A stretch of DNA of 64,000 bases from a virus, in the IMG/VR virus record IMGVR_UViG_3300005253_000946; one strand, given 5' to 3'. The translations under genes were made by a program, and so were the position numbers. The notes under the pieces were generated by a model. That model did not search any database. It was not told the origin of the DNA and worked only from the letters and a program-made list of their open reading frames with translations. Below, piece after piece: positions 46,968 through 56,600 of the stretch. The number at the start of each line of letters is the position of its first letter. Position 1 is the first letter of the stretch.

Positions 46968-47339
46968 CTAGGGGTTTTTAGGTCTTGGTATTGAGTTGGC
47001 TGGTGCGAATTCTAGTCCACTGTTACGGCCTCTAAAACTTAGATACTCTTTTCGAATCTGACTCTCTGGGGAGTCAGTTATCTCTTGTAGAGCCACTGGC
47101 ATTATTTCTACTTTGACCAGTTCGTTTATACCAGGCTCTAGTGATAGAACCACTGTGATTTGTTGAGCCATCATCCCTTGGGGGCCTTGAACCATACCCA
47201 TCTGAACCAAAAGTCTGGCAGTTTTCTCTAGAACATATCTTTGTCCGAAAGAGGATCTAAGTGTTCCCACCTCTTCGTCGGAAAGTTCAGATATGTAATC
47301 TCTAGCCACTGAATCAGTTATGACAAATAGTTTGGACAT
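46968..47339 (-). CDS. Hypothetical protein
   Basis: 123 aa with GGAGG SD. Confidence 0.6.
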   Translation of the reverse strand: MSKLFVITDSVARDYISELSDEEVGTLRSSFGQRYVLEKTARLLVQMGMVQGPQGMMAQQITVVLSLEPGINELVKVEIMPVALQEITDSPESQIRKEYLSFRGRNSGLEFAPANSIPRPKNP

Positions 47340-47351
47340 TTTGTAGGCCTC

Positions 47352-48740
47352 CTAAACCTTGATTGATATAAAATCGTAACCCATTTCGGCTAAGACCTTC
47401 TTAGCTTTCTTGGCTGTGCTGTAAGTAGGGGCAATAAGCGGATCTTCGAATACAATACAGAGAGGGTCTTTCTTTCCTTCATACTCTCTTTGCGCTCTTC
47501 CCAACAACTGTCTCCAGAATATCGGTTTAGAGTAAGGTATGGTGACAAAAATAGTGTCTAGTTCTTCCTTGTCTAACGCTTCGTATCCTAACTCATGTGT
47601 AGCTACTAAGACCTTGCCTTCCGTTATATCTTGTTGTCGCTTAGCCCTCCTACCCTTACCAACTACTCCATAGATCAGCTTGGCATCAACACCAAGGTTA
47701 GTCAACTGTTCGTGTAGATATTCAGCGTGAGCTTTTGTAGGGGTACAGATCATTATAGTTCTTCCTGCCTTAATCGCTTTCATAACCTCTTGTAAAATAA
47801 AAGAGTTTCGATCTTCATCTTCGAGGACGAATTTAACAATCTTAGAGGATATAATACGTCCTGTATCTAGATTTACATAATCATCTAGATTCTTTACTTC
47901 TGTTTTTGTTCTTAAAAACCTGATATTTATTTTTAACGGCTGTTCCAGATTTATGTATAGAGGTTCTCCTAGATGATACTGATAAATCTTCTCCATACCA
48001 TCAGACCGTTCGTGTGTAGCTGTTATACCTAATCTACGGCCTATAAAGAGATTCGCTGCTCTAGAGAATACCTCGGCCGCTACATGATGTGCTTCGTCAT
48101 AGATAGCTGTTCCGAATCTTAACCTGTAGCGCATACTAACTTTCCCACGGCTAGAAGCTAAAGTATGTATCATCGCTATAACGATAGGCTTTAGAAAATT
48201 TTTATCGTTGATTGATTTGGTTCCCGACACCAGCCCTATGTCTCTTTTATCCCAGAGGGTTAGTTTTTCTATTTCGTTAGACCACTGACTCATAAGCTGT
48301 GTTTTATTTACCACTACTATAATAGGGTGAGTAGGAGCGATTAGTGCCTCCTTTAATGATATAGCCGTTTTACCTCTACCACATGCCAGAACTAGTGTAC
48401 CTTCCTTACCTCTTATAGCTTTTAGAGCCTCCCTTTGAATATCGTCCCTGGGTTCTATAGACGAGTGTACGTTAACCTTTTCAAATTCTTTATAGACACT
48501 TATGTCTACAAAAGGTATACCGGCTTTAAGTAGCTGCTCCTGGGTATAAAAATTACGAGGAACTATTAGGTGTGTATCTGTCTCTTTCCATATAGCTATA
48601 CTCCTAACTGTTCCTGTAGATGGAAAAAACGTCAACGAGTTTTTAACTACCTGTACGTTAACCAGCTTCTTCGGCAACAGTAGGTCGAATATCTTGTACG
48701 CAGTATCATTTTTTAGGGGTAATATTCTTCGTTTTGGCAA
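47352..48740 (-). CDS. SF2 DNA helicase (UvsW/ResIII/XPB-like)
   Basis: VLACGRGKT, IYDEAHH, GITATHERSDG, GYEALD, RQLLGRAQR. Confidence 0.85.
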   Translation of the reverse strand: MPKRRILPLKNDTAYKIFDLLLPKKLVNVQVVKNSLTFFPSTGTVRSIAIWKETDTHLIVPRNFYTQEQLLKAGIPFVDISVYKEFEKVNVHSSIEPRDDIQREALKAIRGKEGTLVLACGRGKTAISLKEALIAPTHPIIVVVNKTQLMSQWSNEIEKLTLWDKRDIGLVSGTKSINDKNFLKPIVIAMIHTLASSRGKVSMRYRLRFGTAIYDEAHHVAAEVFSRAANLFIGRRLGITATHERSDGMEKIYQYHLGEPLYINLEQPLKINIRFLRTKTEVKNLDDYVNLDTGRIISSKIVKFVLEDEDRNSFILQEVMKAIKAGRTIMICTPTKAHAEYLHEQLTNLGVDAKLIYGVVGKGRRAKRQQDITEGKVLVATHELGYEALDKEELDTIFVTIPYSKPIFWRQLLGRAQREYEGKKDPLCIVFEDPLIAPTYSTAKKAKKVLAEMGYDFISIKV

Positions 48741-49257
48741 CTTTAAATCTCCTGGTTAGAAAATAGTCTGAAACTTCTCTAGCTGCGGCAGATATAGCCC
48801 TTTCAATAGATCTTATTGCTACCTCAATCATTACCTCTTTAAAAGGTCTACTTTCCACTGCTTCTAGCAAAGGAGGTATTTCCCTTGGGTGGTTATGGTT
48901 TGTGCGATCAATATCTGTAGCACCACTATTACCTCCCCAAGCAGATATTTTACAAGAGGACCGTTTAGCGCACTTAACACACTCACGGTGACCTTCTTCA
49001 TAAGTTCCATAACATGGGTGAGTATCATATACTGAGCCTGCTCCTTTCGCTTTCTTAGATTTCTTTAACAACGGTCTCGATGCTTCATTGTTTATAGTTT
49101 CAGTTCTGCAACTAGATTTTTCGAAGCAGTATTCACATTCAGAATTACCATCCTCGTAGTGCATACTGTAACAGTAATCTCGATTATCTCTATCTCTCAT
49201 TGTAAGGTGTAGCTCCTCTTGGTTAAAAGTGGGTAACAAACTGCTGCGTGTAAACAT
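48706..49257 (-). CDS. Cys-rich protein with a duplicated C-Y-x7-8-E-C-x2-C-x4-S-C motif
   Basis: YCYSMHYEDGNSECEYCFEKSSC and PCYGTYEEGHRECVKCAKRSSC. Confidence 0.65.
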   Translation of the reverse strand: MFTRSSLLPTFNQEELHLTMRDRDNRDYCYSMHYEDGNSECEYCFEKSSCRTETINNEASRPLLKKSKKAKGAGSVYDTHPCYGTYEEGHRECVKCAKRSSCKISAWGGNSGATDIDRTNHNHPREIPPLLEAVESRPFKEVMIEVAIRSIERAISAAAREVSDYFLTRRFKVAKTKNITPKK

Positions 49258-49284
49258 CTTATGCTATTAAATCCGTACCCTTAC

Positions 49285-49313
49285 TTGACGTTAGAAGGCT
49301 ATTAGTAGAGAAT
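49285..49313 (+). promoter_or_regulatory. Possible sigma70-like promoter TTGACG-N17-GAGAAT for the head-gene block
   Basis: In the divergent intergenic region. GGAGG SD downstream before ATG 49353. Confidence 0.35.
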
Positions 49314-49352
49314 CATAATGAAACCCTGTATCCATAATCGGAGGCAAAAGTC

Positions 49353-50447
49353 ATGGCATTAGAAGGTTTATTCGATCACTCTGACGATCCTACTGGTAAA
49401 ATCCTGGTAAGCAACTTAGGTCCATCTCTCGGCCCTGCTGTAATGCAGAAAGTAGCCGAGGTTAATTATAAAGAACTCCCTGATTCTGCATTCGCTCTTG
49501 TAGTAGCAGGTAAAGGTGAGACGCTTAGAAAGTTCGCTTGTATAAATCCAGAGACGACTTTAGCTTCTTTAGTTTATTTCGCAGCAAGCACTGGGCATAT
49601 ACCTACAGCTCTTGCTAAAACAGCGGCTGTAAATTTATCTGAAGCATGTAAAAGTTTTGGGTTAAAAGTTCCTTCAATGATCAGCGAGTTTAATGCTGAC
49701 GAAGATACCTTAAATGTTGTGGTTAGGGATAAGAACGATTACTCTCTTGATGATCTCTCAGGTTATTTGTTAAAAGAAGCAAGTGTTCCTAAGAACTTTG
49801 CTTATAAAGAAGAGGGTCTGTTCAGTACTTCTACAAAAGAAGCCGCTACAAGTTCGATAAAAGAATTTGAGAAGATGGCTCATACACTATCTCCTGATAA
49901 CAAGCGTGAGGTAGCCAAAGAACTGTCTACCAGATGCCAGGCTTGGGGTGTTAGTCCTAGCGAATTTATTTCTAAACATGCCTCTAATCAAAGGTCTGAA
50001 GAGAATTTAAATGTTGGCATAAACCTTAGACTAACTCGGTTAAATGATATTGAAGAGAACGAACCTCACAGAGAAGCTCTTCATAAATTAGCATCGGCTG
50101 TAAATGACTTGGAGGACAGCGAGATTGTTGATGCATTTAAAGAGATAGATCGTAGAGCTGGGTTTGACTATAAATATACTCAAGTACCTGACCCCTTCCA
50201 AAGCGTGTTTGGTTTAGCTAAAGAAGCAGGCTTTACTTTCCTACACGGAAATGACAGAGTTACCGGAGATCAGTTGGGTATACTAGCTGAGAACCCTACA
50301 GTTTTAAAGAATAACTTTACCGAGGAGTTTGTGTCAGCGTTTAAAAGTGACCCAGTTACCATCTTTGAATCGTTACCCCTGCCACAGAAGTTAGTTCTGT
50401 GCCGTGTAGCTAACGATATAGGTACTTCAAACGCCACACCAGCATAG
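49353..50447 (+). CDS. Putative head/internal virion protein rich in K-x-A motifs
   Basis: 364 aa. MQKVA, LAKTA, LLKEA, TKEA, FEKMA, LHKLA, LAKEAG. Upstream of the portal-like gene. Confidence 0.6.
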   Translation: MALEGLFDHSDDPTGKILVSNLGPSLGPAVMQKVAEVNYKELPDSAFALVVAGKGETLRKFACINPETTLASLVYFAASTGHIPTALAKTAAVNLSEACKSFGLKVPSMISEFNADEDTLNVVVRDKNDYSLDDLSGYLLKEASVPKNFAYKEEGLFSTSTKEAATSSIKEFEKMAHTLSPDNKREVAKELSTRCQAWGVSPSEFISKHASNQRSEENLNVGINLRLTRLNDIEENEPHREALHKLASAVNDLEDSEIVDAFKEIDRRAGFDYKYTQVPDPFQSVFGLAKEAGFTFLHGNDRVTGDQLGILAENPTVLKNNFTEEFVSAFKSDPVTIFESLPLPQKLVLCRVANDIGTSNATPA

Positions 50448-50449
50448 AC

Positions 50450-51337
50450 ATGAGCGATAAAGACTCTGAATTTTATATAGGTGTCCCAGGTAAGGAGTAT
50501 ATACCCGCTGATACCATACCTACTCCTGAGAGCCTGTTTATGGCACGTCTCTCCGACCCTGCTGCGCCTATAGAAGCAGATCTTCAAAAAGAGGCAGAAT
50601 CGGTCGAAGAAAAGACTTCTTACGCTACCATCATAAACAAACCGGCCGACGATCTTTCTTCTTCTAGACTTAAAGTAGGAGTCATATTCGTCGAAGACGA
50701 TATATCTCCATTGGTTTACGAAATCCTTCTGCGTCGATTGTTCGGCAATAACTGGATAGCCCCGGATGATTTGTATGAAGATGTATGGACTCCAGAAACT
50801 ATCTGGTCTGGTATAGAGGAAGAGTTTGGAGTAGAACCATCTAGGCTTACAAAAGACAAGATTCTTGCGGTACAGTTGATGCGTAATTCAGACGATTATT
50901 GGAACGATATAGATATATTTGAGAAGATAACCCAAGCTTTTAATAATAACATTCCTATATTTACTCTAAGACAAGAGGCGACTATATCTCAAATTCTTTG
51001 GAGTGTGACGTTAGCCAACCTATTTGAGAAAAATACCTTTAGCCACGAGGTCAGAGCTTATATAGCTGCTGCCTTTTTCAATAGTGGTTTATGGTGGGCA
51101 CCTCCCTTAATAAAATTTGCACAACCTCTGTTAGGTATACTAGCTACACAGAACGAGTTACCGGCCTTTGAACCGTCTAAAATATCTAAAACTTACAATC
51201 AGGTTAAAGAAATGCCTTCAGATTCTGTAAGATTTGAAGAGGATGTTATTGGTATACAGGTACAAAAACTTCTTTTAGCTAGAGACTATGTTAGTAAGAG
51301 GAGTGCAGAGCTGCATGGTCAGATAGCGGAGTTATGA
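50450..51337 (+). CDS. Conserved-looking hypothetical protein, putative head morphogenesis
   Basis: 295 aa. WTPETIW..KILAVQL..YW..FEKI..AFNN..FSHEVRAYIAA. N-terminal LQKEAES. Confidence 0.6.
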   Translation: MSDKDSEFYIGVPGKEYIPADTIPTPESLFMARLSDPAAPIEADLQKEAESVEEKTSYATIINKPADDLSSSRLKVGVIFVEDDISPLVYEILLRRLFGNNWIAPDDLYEDVWTPETIWSGIEEEFGVEPSRLTKDKILAVQLMRNSDDYWNDIDIFEKITQAFNNNIPIFTLRQEATISQILWSVTLANLFEKNTFSHEVRAYIAAAFFNSGLWWAPPLIKFAQPLLGILATQNELPAFEPSKISKTYNQVKEMPSDSVRFEEDVIGIQVQKLLLARDYVSKRSAELHGQIAEL

Positions 51338-51340
51338 TCT

Positions 51341-53224
51341 ATGTCTTCTTTGGTAACTGTAGGTAGTACTTCTAGGTTTAATAGACGAACCCGGTCCGAC
51401 TTAGCTAGTCGAGGGATCATTCGTTACCCTCACCCATTTTTTAATGTAGCTCAGACATATCTTCCTAGTTCGATAAAAGAGTTGTTTGATCTTTTAGAGT
51501 ATTACTTTAGCTCTACAGGATTTTTAAACGCGGCTATAATGAATATGGCCGCTTACCCTATAACTGATCTGTCTTTCGAGCACGATAATGAAGACATTAT
51601 TTCTAGATACGAATTGTTGTTTGAAGAAAACTTAAAGATCTATGACTTCCAAATAGAGATAGGTATGGATTACTTCAATTATGGTAATGCCTTTGCCTCT
51701 ATTAATTACCCGCTACAGAAGAGGCTCAAGTGCCGTAACTGTAAGAAGTACAGCAATATCGAAGAAGTGAACTTTAAGTTGGTTGAAGGTAAGTTTCAAT
51801 TTAAAGGCGCTTGTCCAAACTGCAAAGAAATATCTTTGATGGATCCAGAAGATGTTTACCGTAAATCAGAGAAGGAACTGAATCTGATACGTTGGAACCC
51901 GCATGATATAGGTATTATATACAACCCTCTTACACATAAAAATGTGTACACATACACTATACCGGCAGCTACCCGAAAGCTAATAAAAAAAGGTGATCGT
52001 AATACTATAAAAGATCTACCTAACATTTTTATTGAGGCTGCTATTAAGAATAAACCGATTATTTTTAATCCTGGATCAATCTATCATTTCAAGCGACCTA
52101 GTATCTCAGGTAAATTCAATGGATGGGGAACTCCATTACCTATGCCTGTTTTACAAGACCTGTTCTATTTAAAGGTATTACGTAAGGCTAATGAAGCCAT
52201 TGCTATGGAGCACATTGTTCCTCTACGTGTTATTTACCCATCCGGCCAAACTGAGCACGGTACAGCCTATTCATCGTTAAGCTTAAGTACTTGGAAGACT
52301 AACGTAGAGACTGAGATTAAACGTTGGAGATTGGACCCCAATCATATCCCTATCTTCCCATTACCTATAGGACTGCAATCTTTTGGTGGCCAGGGTAAGG
52401 CCATGATGCTTACACAAGAAATACGTATGAGGATGGAAGAAACTATCGCCGGTATGGGTGTACCACGAGAATTTGTATTTGGTGGCCTGACATACTCTGG
52501 TTCTAGTATGAGTATTAGAATGTTGGAGAACTTATTTATACGGTATCGTACCTCTCAAAATGGTTTCCTCAAATGGGTATTAGAACGTGTCCATGTGTAC
52601 CTAGGATGGCCTTCTGTATCTACTAGAATGACTGACTTCAAAATGGCTGATGATCTGCAGAAGAAGCAGATTCTCATTACACTTAATGCATCGCAGAAGA
52701 TATCAGATCACGCTTTGTTGGACGAATTCGGTTTCGACTATGATGAACAATCTGCCATGCTTGAGGACGAGCTAAAAAAGAAACTTCATTTCAGGAAGGT
52801 AGAGAACGACATCAACGCGATGCTGCAAGGGCAGTCTATGTTGATACAACAACGTTACCAACAAAAGCTACAAGAGCTTATAGGAAGTATCGGAGAGGCT
52901 GGAGCAACTGTGCCAGAAGGGGTACAAAATCAAGCCCAAGAAGCCCAACAAGTATTAGACAGAGGTCAAGAAGCCGAAGATGGTGCTGTGAATATAGATG
53001 CCCGCAATCTTCTTAACTACTACGCTAAAGAGATGTCTGAAATGAATGAGGCTCAGAAACAGGCTGTTCTAGACAAAATGAAGGGTGAGATGCCTGAACT
53101 TCACGGTAAGCTTATACAGATGCTCACTGGAGGAGATCCTTCCAAGTCAGAAAACAAACCACTACCAGAAATCAAGCCGCCACGTAGAAAAGTAGGAGGT
53201 CAGGTAGCTGGTTCTACTAGCTAA
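51341..53224 (+). CDS. Putative portal protein with inserted zinc ribbon
   Basis: 627 aa. IGMDYFNYGNAFASI (portal-like D...YGNAF), LIRWNP..I, IYHFKR..GWG.P.., TIAGMGVPREFVFGG, then a helical crown-like region. CxxC..CxxC insert. Confidence 0.7.
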   Translation: MSSLVTVGSTSRFNRRTRSDLASRGIIRYPHPFFNVAQTYLPSSIKELFDLLEYYFSSTGFLNAAIMNMAAYPITDLSFEHDNEDIISRYELLFEENLKIYDFQIEIGMDYFNYGNAFASINYPLQKRLKCRNCKKYSNIEEVNFKLVEGKFQFKGACPNCKEISLMDPEDVYRKSEKELNLIRWNPHDIGIIYNPLTHKNVYTYTIPAATRKLIKKGDRNTIKDLPNIFIEAAIKNKPIIFNPGSIYHFKRPSISGKFNGWGTPLPMPVLQDLFYLKVLRKANEAIAMEHIVPLRVIYPSGQTEHGTAYSSLSLSTWKTNVETEIKRWRLDPNHIPIFPLPIGLQSFGGQGKAMMLTQEIRMRMEETIAGMGVPREFVFGGLTYSGSSMSIRMLENLFIRYRTSQNGFLKWVLERVHVYLGWPSVSTRMTDFKMADDLQKKQILITLNASQKISDHALLDEFGFDYDEQSAMLEDELKKKLHFRKVENDINAMLQGQSMLIQQRYQQKLQELIGSIGEAGATVPEGVQNQAQEAQQVLDRGQEAEDGAVNIDARNLLNYYAKEMSEMNEAQKQAVLDKMKGEMPELHGKLIQMLTGGDPSKSENKPLPEIKPPRRKVGGQVAGSTS

Positions 53225-53381
53225 ACCTGCTTCTAAATTCTACATAGTCATTGATAGAGTGTGGACTGTTAAAAAATTTTACGATGTCGCTCCACTCTAT
53301 TAACGCTTCTGCCAGTGCCATAAATAATCCAGATAATAAACCTGTAGAGATTAGGATAATTGTAGTCCTATCTAGGGTCAC
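53217..53381 (-). CDS. Putative small membrane protein (54 aa, not in the track)
   Basis: GTG start overlapping the upstream TGA (GTGA). TIILISTGLLSGLFMALAEALI hydrophobic helix. Confidence 0.45.
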   Translation of the reverse strand: MTLDRTTIILISTGLLSGLFMALAEALIEWSDIVKFFNSPHSINDYVEFRSRFS

Positions 53382-53455
53382 TCCTCAGCCCCGCTGATAC
53401 CACACATATCTTCTAATGTATCTTGTAAGTCTTCACACGGATCGTAGTCGTCCAT
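53378..53455 (-). CDS. Putative 25-aa acidic peptide (not in the track)
   Basis: AAGGAG SD 7 nt before ATG. MDDYDPCEDLQDTLEDMCGISGAEE*. Confidence 0.45.
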   Translation of the reverse strand: MDDYDPCEDLQDTLEDMCGISGAEE

Positions 53456-53529
53456 TACGGAACTCCTTAAAGTTAGGGTTTTTACGTTCAATTACCTTAT
53501 GACATAAAACCACTACTCTATTTCATAGA

Positions 53530-53559
53530 TTGACCTAACATTTTAGGATGTGGTATTAC
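53530..53559 (+). promoter_or_regulatory. Possible sigma70-like promoter upstream of the RNAP gene (TTGACC-N18, TG-n-TATTAC)
   Basis: -35 at 53530-53535. Extended -10 TGGTATTAC at 53551-53559. Confidence 0.4.
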
Positions 53560-53607
53560 TATTAAGAGAACTTATACGCTACCTCCAACACCAAGAAGGT
53601 TGTAATA

Positions 53608-56600
53608 ATGGCGCATCTAAACCCAGCCGACCAATTCGAATCTCTTAAAAAAAGGGTAGTCCAAACCTTACAGACTACTGTGTTCCCTATAACAGGTGGT
53701 AAGCACACATTAGAGGCTAAAAAGATTTGGGTTGATGACTCACTATCTATCAATGATTTAGGATCACAGAAAGATGCTAAACTAAAAGGTGGTAGCTGGA
53801 CTGTACCTGTAAACGCTCACCTGGTACTCAAAGATTCGAAGACCGGAAAAATTATAGACGAGCGGCCGAAGATCCGTATTATGAATCTTCCAAAGGTTAC
53901 TCGCAGGTTCTCTTTTATTGTTGGAGGAACAGAGTATCAACCTAAAGGGCAGTTCAGGCTTAAGTCTGGTGTGTACTCCACAATCAGTGGTAAGGGCGAA
54001 GTTATAGCTAAGGTAAACATGGTAATCGGGCTTAAAGGATGGGGAGGAAGTTCACATGTAAAACTAGATCAGGCCAACGGAATCTTTTACTTCTTGCCTG
54101 AGACTTCTACAGGTACTTCAATACTCCTGTACCCTATACTCAAAATGATGGGTATCGGTGATGCCCAGATGCAAAGATATTGGGGTAAGGAATTACTAGA
54201 AACTAATCGAACCTTTAGTTCTGGTAAAGAAGAACGAAATCTAAACAAGCTATACGCAAAACTTACTGGTGAGAAATCTACTGACCAAGATGCAGTAAAG
54301 AGTCTTTTATTAGACTCATTTAAAGGTACTAAGCTTAGGGAAGACTCTACAAAAATAACTCTCGGTAAGGCTGTATCTAAGCTAGATGGAGAAGCTCTTC
54401 TGCTTACTTCATCTAAGCTGATTAAGTTGTCAAAAGGAGAAGCCAAACCGGATGACACAGATTCACTGGCCTTCAAAGACTTTGCTGACATAGACGATTT
54501 TATCTCGGAACATATCGAGGCAAAGGTGAAGACGATCCATCGCAAGATCAAGAATAACCTTAATGACAAAGTTGCTATTAGGGATATAGTCTCGTCTTCC
54601 TATTTTACCGAACCTGTAAGAAGTTTCTTTACTAGTACACAGTTGTCGGACAAGCCGGAGCAGGTTAACCCTCTTGAGATGATTAGCGGCCAATTAAAAA
54701 CCACCATTATGGGAGAAGGAGGAGGTATTACTGATCCCAATAAAATACGACCGAATCTGCGTCAGGTTAATCCTTCTCACTTAGGATTCCTAGACCCTAT
54801 CCATACACCAGAAGGAGATAAGACCGGTATAACATTGAACCTACCTATCGGTGCTAGTAAAAAAGGTAATGAGCTACGTACAACTTTTTACTCTATTAAA
54901 CGCAAAAAACTTGTGAAGGTGTCCCCTCTGGAGTCCATTCATTCCGTAGTAGCTTTTGCTGATCAATACATTAAAGAGTCTGATGGGACATATACTCCTA
55001 AAGAAAAAATAGTAAAAGTAGTCTCTAAAGATGGTGAGATACAAAAAGTCCCAGCTACTACGGTTGATTATGTTATACCAAGCCCGTCCGTGCTTTTTGA
55101 TGTCACTACAAACATGATACCATTTCTGAGTAACAACTCAGGTGCTAGAGCCTTCATGGCTTCTAAACAGATAGAGCAAGCTGTCAGTTTAGTACACAGA
55201 GAAGAACCTTTAGTTCAGGTAAGAGCGTCAGACAAATCAGAACATACTTTTGAAAGAGCTGTAGGACGAACCAGTGCTCACATATCCCCTATTGACGGCA
55301 AAGTAACAAGGGTAACTGAAACAGACATCTATGTTCGAGGGGACAATGGTAAGAGTATAAAAGTACCTTACTACAATAATTTCCCGCTCAATAGTAAACA
55401 GATGTTACACGCCACACCAGTTGTAAGGGCTGGGGACACGGTTACAAAAGGACAGTTATTGGCTGACTCTAACTTTACTAAAAATGGTGTGTTGTCATTA
55501 GGAGTAAATTTGGATGTAGGCTACATGCCGTTCAAAGGATACAACTATGAAGATGGTATAGTTATATCGGAAAAAGCTGCTGAGAAGCTGACCTCTGAGC
55601 ACCTTTATAAATTCTTAGTTACTGTGGGTCCAAATACTGAATTAAGTCTTAGGAAGTTTACTGCACACAGTCCTAATATACTTTCAGTAAAAAACTTAGA
55701 GAAACTAGACTCTAGAGGTGTTGTAAAGAAAGGGTCGACTGTTTATGAGGAAGATTATCTTGTAGCGGTCCTCAATAAAGTGGAGCTTACTAAAGAGCAA
55801 GTAATGATGCGTAAGTTTAAAAGCTCTCTGATTTCTGCTTATAGTACTAGTAAGAGTATTATGTGGGATAAGAGATTTCCGGGAACTGTCACTGATGTAT
55901 CGGTATCTGGTAAAGATGTAGTTGTCTATGTAAAAACACAAGAGCCTATGATTGTAGGAGATAAACTGATCGGCAGACACGGAAACAAAGGTATTGTCAC
56001 AATGATAGTACCTCAAAATGAGATGCCTACAACTAAGAGTGGAAAACCTTTAGAAGTATTATTGAACCCTACAGGTGTACCTGGACGTATTAACCCTGGC
56101 CAGGTCTTAGAGACTATGGCAGGTAAGATTGCTGATAAGATTGGAAAGCCTCTAAAAATGGTTAACTTTGATGGCAAGAATGCTGTTGACCATTTAATTA
56201 AAGAACTTAAGAAACATAAACTATCTGACACTGAAGACGTCTTAGATCCAAAGACCGGACGTTCAATAGGTAAAGTAATGGTAGGTAAGCAGTATATGCT
56301 TAAGCTTATCCACCAGATAGATAAGGGTACTTCTACTCGCTCTACAGGCCCTTATGAGAGTACATCAAGAGCACCAGCTCGTGGAGGTAAAGCTAGTGCT
56401 AGTAGGTTAGGAGAACTGGGCAACTACGCGATGCTGGCTCATGGAGCTAAAGCTAACTTGTTTGATGCCTATAACTATAAAACAGAGCGAAACGATGATG
56501 TTTGGTACGCTTTAGTTGAAGGCGCTCCACTTCCTAAAACTAAACCAGCATTTGTGTTTGACAAGTTTACCGGGTATCTAAACGCTCTCGGAGTAAATGT

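Noticed and set aside
49318-49362. 14-codon upstream ORF (MKPCIHNRRQKSWH) overlapping the start of the 49353 gene
   Set aside because: No SD, very short, and the main gene has its own GGAGG SD. Likely chance.
29490-53607. tRNA or structured ncRNA genes in intergenic gaps
   Set aside because: The gaps are short (mostly under 120 bp, and the larger ones hold small ORFs). No cloverleaf with T-loop GTTCGA/D-loop pattern or riboswitch-like structure was recognised.
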